A stretch of 64,000 nt of DNA, from NCBI GenBank assembly GCA_010015805.1, contig ML978121.1, positions 3,224,001 to 3,288,000 on the forward strand, in the 5' to 3' direction. The notes under the pieces are model-generated. The model worked only from the letters and a program-made list of their open reading frames with translations. It was not told the DNA's origin and did not search any database. Positions 51,437-62,851 of the stretch are shown here, piece after piece. This stretch comes from Rhizodiscina lignyota (Eukaryota). The position numbers were made by a program, and so were the translations under genes. Position 1 is the first letter of the stretch, and every line of letters starts with the position of its first letter.

Positions 51437-53524
51437 ATGGCGCTGGATGCACGAGGCTTCCGCGGACTATCATACGATCCTTCCTCCCGTGGAGTGTATG
51501 GATCGACAGCCTCGAGTCCTTCTCTACGTGCTGCTCAACCAGAGGTCTTGCAAGCACCTCCAACCCCACCGCCATCTGGAACAATGGGGGACCAAGACAG
51601 CGCGAATGTGAAGGTGGTGGTGAGAGTTAGGAAGTTTCTGCCCAGAGGTAAGATTAATTCTTAACAATTGCAAAGGCTATCCCAGACTAATTGAGTCACA
51701 GAGGAGAAACGCGGTGCAAAATGTCTTATAAGAATGGATCCGGTCACACAATCAACGACTCTCCTCGCCCCCGATCATGTCGATCCGGCAAATTCACAAA
51801 CAAAGTCCCGTAAAATCGTCGAAGAGAAGTTGTTTACCTTCGACAAATCTTTCTGTTCCTTCGATGAAAGTTCGCCCGACTATGCGCATCAAGAAGATGT
51901 CTATTGCTCCTTCGGCGAAGAGTTCCTCGACCACAACTTCAATGGATATCATACTTGCATTTTCGCATACGGCCAGACTGGCTCTGGCAAATCCTACACA
52001 ATGATGGGAACTCCTGAGCAGCCTGGCCTCATCCCGCGCACTTGCGAGGCAATGTTCAGGCGGATAGATGACGAGGCTGAGGAAAACACAACATACAATG
52101 TGCACGTCTCATACTTCGAAGTGTACAACGAACACGTGCGCGACCTCCTCATGCCGCGAACCGATCCTCCTACCTACCTCAAGATTCGCGAATCTCCTGC
52201 AGATGGCGTGTACGTCCAAGGCCTGACCGACGCGCCGGTCAAGTCGTATGAGGAGATTAGAAACCTCATGAAGATTGGAGATATCAATCGAACAACTGCT
52301 GCGACGAAGATGAACGACACATCCTCTCGCTCACACGCCGTCTTCACAATACATCTGAAGTCGATTCAACATAGTGCAACAACGTCCGACACAATCGAGC
52401 GCTCGTCACGCATGCGCCTCGTTGACCTGGCGGGCTCGGAGCGTGCAAAGGCGACTGAGGCTACCGGACAGCGCCTTGTAGAGGGCGGCAAGATCAACAA
52501 GTCTCTCACGACCCTTGGACGGGTCATCGCTGCGCTTGCGGACCCTCGTCGTCACGGTCGTCCAGGAACTCCAAATAGTCGCGCCGGTACTCCGACAGGC
52601 ACACCGCGCAAGGGAGGAGCAAGTGCAAAGGCGGAGGTGGTGCCGTATCGTGACTCAGTTCTCACATGGCTGCTGAAGGACTCCCTGGGTGGAAACTCGA
52701 AGACAGCAATGGTGGCTTGCATATCACCCTCCGATTACGACGAGACGCTGTCAACGTTGCGATATGCGGACCAGGCCAAGAAGATTCGCACAAGAGCACA
52801 CACCAATCTTACATCCGTCTCGGCGGCTCAGCGAGATGCTCAAATCGCCTCTATGGCTGCGACAATTGCTCAATTGCAGTCTATGATCAACTCTCAAACC
52901 GCACGTCACCGCGAGCAGGAGCGGCACGAAGCTTATGTGAAGGAGAAGCGCGAGAAGACGGAGAGGGAGGAGCAAGAGGCGATGGCAGATTACCAGATGC
53001 AAGTGGAGAAGATGCAGCGGCTTATGGAGGAAGGCAGGACTGTATCAGATGCAAGAATCAGAGCACTTAGTAGGGAGGTGGAAGAGCTCAGAGGTCTGGT
53101 TCCGTCGCTGAGGAGTGAGAACGAGAATTTACGACGCCATCTAGGTCTTGTGCTCGGGGAGCTTAGGAATCCGATTGTGCTGCCGGAACCGATCCCAGAG
53201 GAGAAGGATGTTCCATGCTTGGATGTGCTAAGCGACGAGGACGAAGGTGTCGCAGGGCTAAAGGAGGCTCCATCGGCCCGAGAAAGCCTCGACAACAAAG
53301 AGAATGTGGCGCAAAGTGATTATGGAGAGGGCGACTCCGGTGAGGAGACGGCGGTTGAGGATTCGAGGCTTTCGGATCTCGCATGGGCGCAAGAGCTGCA
53401 GGCGGAGGCAGAGGAATGCTTGAAGGAGCTGGGCATCTTCAAGAGAAAGATTGGAGATGATCGGGCAAGGTTTGGCGCCAGTGGTGCAAGGGAACCATTG
53501 GGAACGATGTCCCTTAATTGGTGA
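51437..53524 (+). CDS. Short kinesin-3-type motor protein (UncB/Nkin3-like)
   Basis: NVKVVVRVR, intron 51648-51700, GQTGSGKS, NDTSSRSH, DLAGSE, VPYRDSVLTWLL, coiled-coil tail. No FHA or PH domain seen. Confidence 0.92.
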
Positions 53525-54020
53525 TTACTCTGGATGAGAACGGCTTGGTGCTGGTGTTTAGGAAGGCATCGCAGAGTGACTGGGAAAAGTCTCATTGGGG
53601 ATGTGACTACGAGGTTTCATTGGAATCAGTGGAAAATTGATGCATTGATGTATCTGATTAAGACTGAGCGACACTGAGCTCCATCAGAGCTTGCGTTACC
53701 GAAAATGCCTATATTATCTAACGACCTTTCTCTACCCTTGCCGGGTCTCCACTTCGCAGCACCAAGCAGCGGCGCTCACTAAGTGAATCCCTCCACGTGG
53801 ATACGGTAGGATGGGGCTCTCGCATGCTTTTCCTGTTTCTATTTCTGCTGTGCCGATCGGCGTCCCAAGAACCGCACAATTGGTGACAATGCATGAAGTA
53901 CCCTTGACCGGCCAACAGGAGTAACCGATATCAAAGCGGCAAAGTTCTGCGCTAAGGCGGGTGTTTCAAAACCTCTTGGCCCTGTGGGGACGGTTTGGTA
54001 CGAGTCCGATCTCGTCTATC

Positions 54021-54560
54021 ATGGCTGAATCAATGCAAGTCGATGCTGGGTCGGAGGATTTCAAAGGGACTGGTCAATGCCTCTGTGGCACTGTCCAATA
54101 CATGATCAGTGGCGAACCAATCTACAGCGTGGTTTGTCACTGCTGCAATTGTCGCAGGTCTACGGGCACATCGTTCGTCACAAATACCATCTTTCTCAAG
54201 AAAGTAAGTACTGCTGCTCGGAATTGCAATCCCGGGCTTTCGCTGGAGACAACACCTCACATTTCGAAGGACCTGAAATGGCAGCAATCGAAAGACGATG
54301 CCCTACGCTGTTTCGAGGACATGCACACAGACTCGGGCACGAAGCTTATGAGGCACTTCTGCCAATTCTGCGGAAGTCCGATATTTGCTACGACTCCACT
54401 ATGGGACGAGATTGTCAGCGTCTTTGCTGGGACGTTGAACGATCAGCAGGCATGGAAACCCATGAAGGAGCAGTATTGTGATTCTAAAGCACCCTGGCTT
54501 CCGGATTTGGGGGTCACAGATCGGACTTGTAGAGGACCAGGCTCGGGAGCTCCACTATGA
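54021..54560 (+). CDS. GFA/CENP-V (Mss4-like) Zn-binding protein
   Basis: GQCLCG, CHCCNCRR, RHFCQFCGS. Probable 66-nt in-frame intron 54204-54269. Confidence 0.88.
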   Translation: MAESMQVDAGSEDFKGTGQCLCGTVQYMISGEPIYSVVCHCCNCRRSTGTSFVTNTIFLKKVSTAARNCNPGLSLETTPHISKDLKWQQSKDDALRCFEDMHTDSGTKLMRHFCQFCGSPIFATTPLWDEIVSVFAGTLNDQQAWKPMKEQYCDSKAPWLPDLGVTDRTCRGPGSGAPL

Positions 54561-54703
54561 AAGACGCGACTTGACGTCGCAATTCATCTACATCCACATC
54601 TATGCCTTTGAGCTGCCAGTCTATACATGCGTGCACAATGCAATCCCAAAGCTGACTCCACTGATGCTGCTCAAAATATGCAAGCCTCCAAGTTCAGGTC
54701 TAG

Positions 54704-56619
54704 CTAATGAACCATTCCCATTCCAATATGCTTCTTGACGAGATTCCAGTACTTGAGACGATATGCTTCGCGCCAGCCCTTACCCCACTTGATCACAGGG
54801 AGAAATACAGCGCTCACAATGAGGCCAATGCAAGCGGCGCTGATGAAGCAGTTCTGCGTTCCAAGGTTGTCGAGCCACGGAGCTATATCACGCACATCAG
54901 ATCAGCCCAGTTCTACAAGTTTTCTTTCAATCGTGTGAGGACTTACTGATACCATAGCCAATTGCGAAAGACATTGTATTACCTGCAGAGGTAGTTAGCT
55001 TTTTCTAATCGAGAATCTGCTGCTCCATTGAATGTGTCTTACGGATTATTATCACGGTTGTCATTCCGTCGCCGCTGATGTCTCTGTAGCTATCAACCAA
55101 GTAGTTGACACTCAGAGTGATTCCACAGGTATTGCAGAAGGCTGTCGTGCACATGGCAACGATTAGACCGAACCAATGGACATGATGTGCCGCACCAACG
55201 CCCCACAAGATCAAGCTTGCGGGAAGAACGACTGTTGTCACCGCAAATAGCCAGAGTCGTTGCTCCGGCTCCATAACGCCGTTGTTCCTTCTGGCAAGTC
55301 GAATAGTGAGCCAATCCGAGAAGAATCCAGTGAAGTAGCTCGCAGCCGTAACTCCAATCATGCACGATACGTAGCTGAGACCGACCATGCTAGGCCTGAA
55401 GTTGTATGGCGGCCCACCGAGAAGAACGGAAGCTGTGGCATTAAGGACGTTGAACCAGATAAGATATGAGCCGTATGAGAAGCCGGCATAAAAGACGACA
55501 GGCCAACTAACAAGCTTCAGCGAAAGGAAGATGCGATATGGCATCCTCTGCGGCCGACTGGCGTCTATAACGGACATCTTCTGCACGAAGCTCTTCTCTT
55601 TCGGGTACAAGTCACCAGGTGCTGTAGACTCTTGCGTCGCGGCGGGTGCTATTTCAGTTTCCTTGTCTTTCTCTGCAGCAGTGGCGGTATCAATAGCGGC
55701 GCCCTTTTCGGCGTCGAGCTGTTCGCTGCTCCGCGTAGGAGACCCATCTTCGACTATGCCTACGGATTTTCGATCATAATTCGTCTCTTCCATAAAGATG
55801 AATAGAAATATGAAGGAGCCTGCGCAGAAGATTGCAGGCCAATAAAACACCCATTTGTAGCCTTGGCCGTCGTTGATAAAGCCACAAATGATGGGCGCGA
55901 AGAAGTTGCTGCCCGCTAACATGAACGAGTATACACCCATGTAGGTTCCGCGTTCATGGGCGAAAAACACTGTGCTAGTGAGTTGCGTGCAACCTTCAAA
56001 ATTGTATCAGGGCTTACCATCAGCGACTGATATCTCTGGTAGCGCCTCAATTGGAGATGCAAAGAAACCACCGAGAACATTCTTAGCGATCCATTGACCA
56101 TTTCCTTTAGCGTGAGCTCCCCAGATCGTGAAGCACATAGTAGCAATTGTGGAGATGAGATACGTCGGCCGCTTGCCGTACTGCAACGCAAAGGGCTGAA
56201 AGAAGAGGAGTCCCCATCCTGCAAGAAGAAACAGATATCCAGTGCCAGCATTGAGATCCGCGATGGTCAATCCTGTACTCTCCGATAGAGGCACGAGTAC
56301 GGAGTAGACGACCGAGTTTGCGATACCTGCGACGGATTTAGTCCTGTTTAACGCAGGTCCTTGCCTCGAATCTCTCACCTGTGAACCAAACGTATACACA
56401 CATGCACGCGAGAGACATATACTTCCTCCTCGGGCTCCAGTTCAGAGGGTCATTTGGATCGTTCGAGGGCGTTGGCACCAAAATGATATCTTGATGCGCT
56501 TTGGAGTGCCTTGCCCTGCTCGTGTGGTCCGTGTCAACCAAATGTACGGTTCCTGGAACGATAGAATCGTCAATATGTCCGTGCAGTATAGCAGCTTGCT
56601 GCTCCAAGTTCGTCGCCAT
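54704..56619 (-). CDS. MFS transporter (DHA1/HOL1-like)
   Basis: [44 protein letters not shown]. Four introns. Confidence 0.9.
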
Positions 56620-58482
56620 CTTGGAATTGTCGATCGGCTTCCCACTCCTCTAACTGAACGACGTGAATGCAGGAGAATTGGAGGTAATCAGCGTGAAATC
56701 GAAATGCGACCAAGTTCTAGAATTGAAATACATATCAACTGCCGATCACCCAGGACCTCGGCGGCGGCGTTTGACGCCATTATACAATCAAAACCAGGCA
56801 TTTTCCGCTTAAACCGTTTCATGCAAGGTTGAAATGCTTCGAGAGGCTTATCTGGCCGGAGATCGACGCACTCGTGGGATTGTTTCACTGTTCGCAGATA
56901 AGGGTGACGGAACTTTGCATCCAAAGTGTGAAAGCGTTGAACAACCCAGGCAATCGCGGAAAGGACCCGCAAATAATATGCCGCTCGGCGTCGCGGGCGG
57001 GTGAGGGGTTGATGCACTGTAACTCAAAACGGACGCTTGCGATACGGTTACGTAGGTTGACTGGATATGGCAAGAGAGGTCAGAGATGGGAAATGTGCGA
57101 TTCGAGTTCTTCGGATATCGTAGTTTGTGGGGTCTCCCATGCGAACGTTTGGACGGTTTCTAACACCGCTAGCGACACTGAGCTTAGTAAGAAAGTCTAA
57201 CGCCTCTTTATACGCTTATCCCAACTACCTCCGCAACTTCGTCCAATTTAACAAGGCGGTGAGTTCGAGTCGATTCCATAATTTCAGTATTTGGAAGTTG
57301 TAAGAGAGCACACTGAAGAGAATTGATCCGGACGTGCGCTTGCTACAAGCCAGGATGGAAGTATTCGAAATGACTGAGCAATGACTGAAAAACCAAAGGA
57401 GGGACGAGCAATCTTGTAATGGCCAGGTGTGAAGTGGACGAGTATCTAAGTAGTGTGGTGCCGTGTACCATTTCCGTCGTTCCACGACCTGCTCAACTTT
57501 GCAATGCGGAGAAGAGACTTGTTGGAAGATACTACAAGTGCTGGGTGGGTCGCACCGAAAGCTAGGTGAAAGTTGCACCTAAACTCGGGTGAGCTTAGCT
57601 TTATCTATGTCCCCAATCCGAGGTAGGGTAGGTACGCAGTCACGAGGGTGACGAAATAGTGGAGTCCCGTGAAGTTTGAATATATGTAGCAGAAGCGAGG
57701 TTTCTTCTTCAACGCTAGCGGGAGCATCTCTGAAAGGTATATTAAATATATACCAGAGTTTATTTATCTATAACACTTTACTTTAGAGTGAATAACCTGC
57801 GTTAATTATTGAGTATATACGTCCTCGCGGTTCTATATGTTACAGCCACGACTCAACTATTTTGTCACCCACTTGAACTTCCACGCGATTATAGAATTGC
57901 TCTATGATAGGATACCACAAATGATTGTGCTGATGGTTGCCTTCTGGGTCAGAGTCGAGAGCTTCGTAAGCATCCAGGATTGCATGCCGCCCGTTCGCTC
58001 GTTTAGAAAGAAAGAAGTAAAAGTCACTCTGGGCGTCTTTCTTCTCTATGGGCAATTTCTGGGCGAAGATGGAAAACCAGATATGCGTATCTCCTTGCGC
58101 TCTGCGTCGAGAGTATATGTCCCACTGTTGGCTGATGTGTCTGAAGATCGTGCAAGTGTTCGTGTTTGCTCTTTGATGCGCTGCTGGCACTTCAACTCAC
58201 GACTGATCGTTTCAGTTCGGGGAGTAATTTTGCTTGCCATCTCTTGAAGTAGCGATGGCATGGGCACTTCAATCGCGGTGGCGTCATCTTCTGAACACGA
58301 AGGGGGTGCGATCTTTTTTTCTTTTCCCTTACGGACATGGAGTGAAGACAAACTAGCATCGTTCAAAAAATGTCGGAGGCAAACTGCGGCCTCAGGGATC
58401 TTTTCGTGAGTAAACTGAAGCTATACTTTATATCTATTTCGTTGGAATTAGGGTTTTATGTGGACGAAATCCTGACTCCAAA

Positions 58483-61400
58483 TCATTGAATATGGACTTT
58501 GGTTTGTACTCCATCCAGAATGATGTGTCGTCTTACCAAAGCGCCCACTCCGACTCTCTCCCAGACTTCGACACCGTCGACAAAAGCAAAAAACACAATA
58601 ATCAAAACGTAACACACACGGCTATCTCCGCGTGTTGGAGACTTGTCCTCTCCAACAATCACGCACTTGAGAAATCGAGGAAGTTTGCGGCCAGGCTCAT
58701 CCAGGAGAATCTTTTCGCTGTGCGGCTCCAGAAGATCGTATGCCGGTGCTTCAATCTCGAGCCCTATCGTCCCCTCACTTCCCTCCATCACCGTTTCATT
58801 AGATCTATCTAGCTTTTTGGCTTTAGCAAACGGTGAAACGATGTCTTCCCGCCACGAAACTCCGCCATAAGGTACGTCCATGTATCGAATGCCGCCGTCG
58901 TACGCCATCCAAGACCAAGAGGGAACTCGCATGCCGTGGAACTCGCCAATGCGCTTTACCCTATCTCCTGTTCGCTGCCAGAGTAGGCAGCGATGCAAGT
59001 AGAGCTCAAAGACGCCATAGCCGCCCGCCGTGCGGAAGGTTTGGCTCAGTCTCGACTCCAGCCCCCTGATTGCGACCGGCCTGTCCGCCGAAAATGAAAG
59101 TGCGAGCTTGGAGTACCGCTCATAGAGGTCCTGATACAGCTCTATTTTCATCCCCTTGACGTATGCATCGACGGAATGAGGGAAGTTCGAGTCCCCGAGA
59201 AAAGATGCTTTCCGGCTTTGATGCTTCAAGTCAGCGCAGCTTGAGGGACTGCAGCTATAGCTGCATTGCAGACACCGGAGTACATACTTTTTGGACTTTG
59301 TCAAAGTTTCGCACCTCACACCCCCTCCACACTCCCAATACGACTGGGTTTCAGTGAAATAGATTGTCCTTCGGGAAAGAGCTCGCTCTTGTAACACCCA
59401 TCCTCTCATATTCAGCTCGCCTTGGTCAACATGGTTATGAAAGTCGTCGATCGATTCGTAAAGATAATACAAAGAGGAGCTGTGAGGGTTTACCAGGGTC
59501 ACACCATGCCTCGCCGGTGGGGCCTTAAGGAAGGAATCGTCGACTCCTCGGGCACAGCTAGCGGCAAGAGTGCAGTATGCCGAGCTGAAGACCTGTTCCA
59601 TAAACTTCGATTCTCGTTCCCAGTCACACGGGTCATTTTGGATGATGCAGAGAGAATCAACCCAGAGGTATCGAACCCCCAGGCTGCGGGTAATGTGGAC
59701 AGCGTCTTGAAATGTCCTGGGGAGAGCGGCGATGCTAATGTTTTTCTTCAGCTCTTCAATGTTGGATTTGTAGGTGCAGAACTTTCGATGCTGTCCTGGC
59801 GGGCCCCATTGATGTGACAAGGCCATGTATTTTATCGGTGTAGTCTGACCGTTAGATTCGCTTGATAGACGGATGACTGCCTGGTCTTCGTCTCCAACAT
59901 CCAGGAGGCGGGTTGGGACAAATCTGAGGTTTTGAGGATAACATTGGTGCATTCTGTCGCAGCTGTGGATCCACTCTGCCAGGATCTTGATATGTGGTGT
60001 ACTACCAGCGGGAGGCAGTATTGGAAATCCGATCTGGGTACTGTGCGAAGACAAAGTTTGGGGTCCTTCGCGAGCATTAGAATTATGACATACCACTCAG
60101 AATGTGTATAACTTGCCTGGCAATGTATAAAGGGAAGCAATTGGTTGACCACGGTTGTCGCCAAAAGTCAAATACGAAGCGACTCTAGAGAACTGGATAG
60201 GATAATCAGGTCCAGGCACACGTTCTTTCATGAGCCTTGACAGCAATCGACAAAGAGCACAGTAGCCAGCCTTCTTGACCAACCCTGCCAGAGTATCAGA
60301 GAATGTCTCCCTCAAATTCCAAAGTCGGAGGCAGCTGCATCGTTGACATAGATCGGAAATCTTCTTAGTCGCTGATGAAATGGCACTCGAATCAAAATGG
60401 TCGAAATATGCATATGCAGCGTCGTGATCGGGAGTATACTCCCAACTGTCGTTCAGCTGCTGGCTGTCAGTTATCGCATTCGCACCAATTGAAGATGCAG
60501 AGCCTTTTGTCCGTACTTACTGGCTAGAAAATATTAGCAAGAGGGTGTCAGGCATTGTACTCAGTGAGCAACAGTTTTAATAATCAGAGAGCTGAAGCTG
60601 GTTCAACCAACGTACCGTCTGCACAACTAGTGTAAGGCAAAGTGTGTAAATCTTAGTCTCAATTTCTCTGACTTACAAACTATCACAGATTAAATGTTAG
60701 CAGATTTGTCTCTAGTGTGTTTGGCTCCGGGGGGCAAAGCTTACCATCTATTAAAAAAAAATGAATTGACGTCTTCGTTATTTGCATTTCCAAGTGCTCT
60801 GACATATGGACTAAGGCTGACCTACGTACTGAAAGATACTCAGTATTTAACAATTCATATGGATGGTAACAAACCTACTTCCTTTCTCCGTGAAAATGAC
60901 GACAGTTAGATATCACGTTGCTGGGCGCGTCATGCTGGAACACTCACATTCTACAACGTACTTTTAGCATAAAGTAATCATTTGTCCACTTCGATACGAA
61001 TTACCGTACCCGATGAGGTTGGCCCAAAGGTACCTTGAGAGTACTGTCCCCTGATCCAGCCGGTGGTCCTGCGGATGGTTTTGCGTCAAAATTCATCCAC
61101 TTGCATTTGCCTGAAGTCACATCGTCAATGATTTTGCGTAGAGTTACTCGCATCCCTCGAGATGTCCAACGGGGTTGAACTGATGGATTGTAGGCCGAGC
61201 TAAATCTTCCTGTGAGTGTCTCTGTGTCTGCCCGGACAATCACATGAGGCGTATCAGCCCCAGTGCCAAGAAGTGGCTCAGAGTTCGGAGGAGGATCAAG
61301 GTTGTTGCCATTTCGCTCAAACACGTAGCCGGGGTCCTCCATGTCGTAGTCCTTAACATTGACCGTCAGAAGCTTTGCAGAAATGAGGTCAATCAAACGT

Positions 61401-62851
61401 CTGATTGCTGAGCTCTCTGGACAGCAATCTTCCTCCTTGATATAGTCTGTCCACCTTTTGACGTCGCCATGAACATCTACGGTCTTGTTGTCTCTGACAT
61501 AGTACGCTTCGAGAGGTCCCGTGAACCGCGCCAAACCTTCTACGCCATATAACAGCCAAATGACGAATTCCAGGTATATGCAGCCCATGGCCCATACGTC
61601 GTACCGCCGTGGTCTTGGCTGCAATGGATTCAATGGATTCGGTGCTGCCTCAGGAGCCAGGTATACCAAAGTTCCGCCGGTGGGATTCGTATGCTTACGC
61701 ATCTCGGTAACGATTTGATGAACAGTAGCGAGTCCGAGATCTGCAACGACAAGGATATCGTTGTTGCTCCCATCTTTGAAACAGAGAATATTTTCCGGTT
61801 TCAGATCACCATGACGACATTTCTTTGTATGATGTAAAAGATCGAGAGCCATAGCCAGGCCATAGAGTTGGTTGAAAACCCACTCGAGATAGCTCTTCTC
61901 CAATCTTGGAGGATCCCCTCTCCACACATTCCGGAGACTACCATTTTCAGCCCATGGAAACACAAAATGGTGAGTTTCGTTCAATCTGTAGTACGCAATT
62001 GTCCTGATCAAGTGCGGATATTCTAACTCTTTCATCAGTTTGAGCATTTCCACTTCCTTTCCAGCTTGGTCGTTAAGCTCTTCCTTATTCATTTGCGGTT
62101 TCAATATCTTGACTGCAACGCGCGGGTGTCCCTCAGATTCGGCTAGATTAAACTGGAAGCCATTAGCTTATCTTTTACCACCATCAATTTACCCCCCCCC
62201 CCCCAAAAGGTTTCATACAATAATATCATGTTGAAGATAATCTCGATGTATCCTGCGTTCCTTCACCTCGCTGAACTGTGTGCTGGCAGTGATGTTATCC
62301 CTGGTATCTACGAATGGGAGGCGAGTGTTCTTAGAAAAACTGTACTCGAATTTCTCTTTCTGGAATACTGGTGCCAAGAATAGGTGTTGATAGCGCATGA
62401 ATTGCTGGCCCCGGCCCGACGTCAATGAATCTAAGCTTAAAGTACCAAGGGGGTCGTTGGTACACTCAGATTCAGCAGTCGAAGTCTGATTTTCCTTGTC
62501 CCATTTCAGGCTAATGGGTAGTGTGCTGTCATCTATTCCTCGTTTGTGGAACCAATGGATCAACTCCAGACTGCATTCAGCCAAGACGATGGTTGCGAAT
62601 ATCTTGGTCGCCTTCCCGCAAATGAACTCCATCAGATCTCCAATCGTTGATTTCTTTTCGCACTGTTCTTTCGACTTGTATGACGCTTTCGATTCGAATG
62701 ACTCTAAGACCTCCTTCACGGCTGGTTCTGACAGGACATCTCGCAAGCTCTTCTCTGGAATGATGCCAGGAGGAGGCAAGAGTCCATCGTCATCACATGA
62801 TGGTTCAAGAATGTCCTGGATCTTGTCTCTCAATCGTTGCATTGGATCCAT
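58483..62851 (-). CDS. Protein kinase-HET domain fusion (about 1216 aa from the first in-frame ATG; frame is open up to about 63058), with a seven-microexon linker
   Basis: Kinase motifs VAVK, HGDLKPEN, DLG, APE, DVWAMG. HET motifs PTRLLDV, YMALSHQWG, LPRTFQDAV, YLWVDSLCIIQ, RGWVLQERALS. Exons 62851-62219, 62152-61010, seven 3-nt exons, 60459-60117, 60065-59288 and 59215-58483 sum to 3651 nt in frame. Confidence 0.82.
60457..61009 (-). other. Array of eight short introns separated by seven 3-nt exons
   Basis: tag|AAT|gtgagt (60950-48), aag|GAA|gtaggt (60881-79), cag|TAC|gtaggt (60828-26), tag|ATG|gtaagc (60747-45), tag|TTT|gtaagt (60679-77), cag|ACG|gtacgt (60618-16), tag|CCA|gtaagt (60523-21). 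Confidence 0.8.

Noticed and set aside
57840..58366. Two overlapping minus-strand ORFs (106 and 116 aa) downstream of the HET gene, possibly a frameshifted gene relic
   Set aside because: No recognisable motif and no convincing splice signals joining the two frames.
60524..60615. Possible eighth microexon inside the longest (92-nt) linker intron
   Set aside because: No clean AG-NNN-GT junction was found within it.
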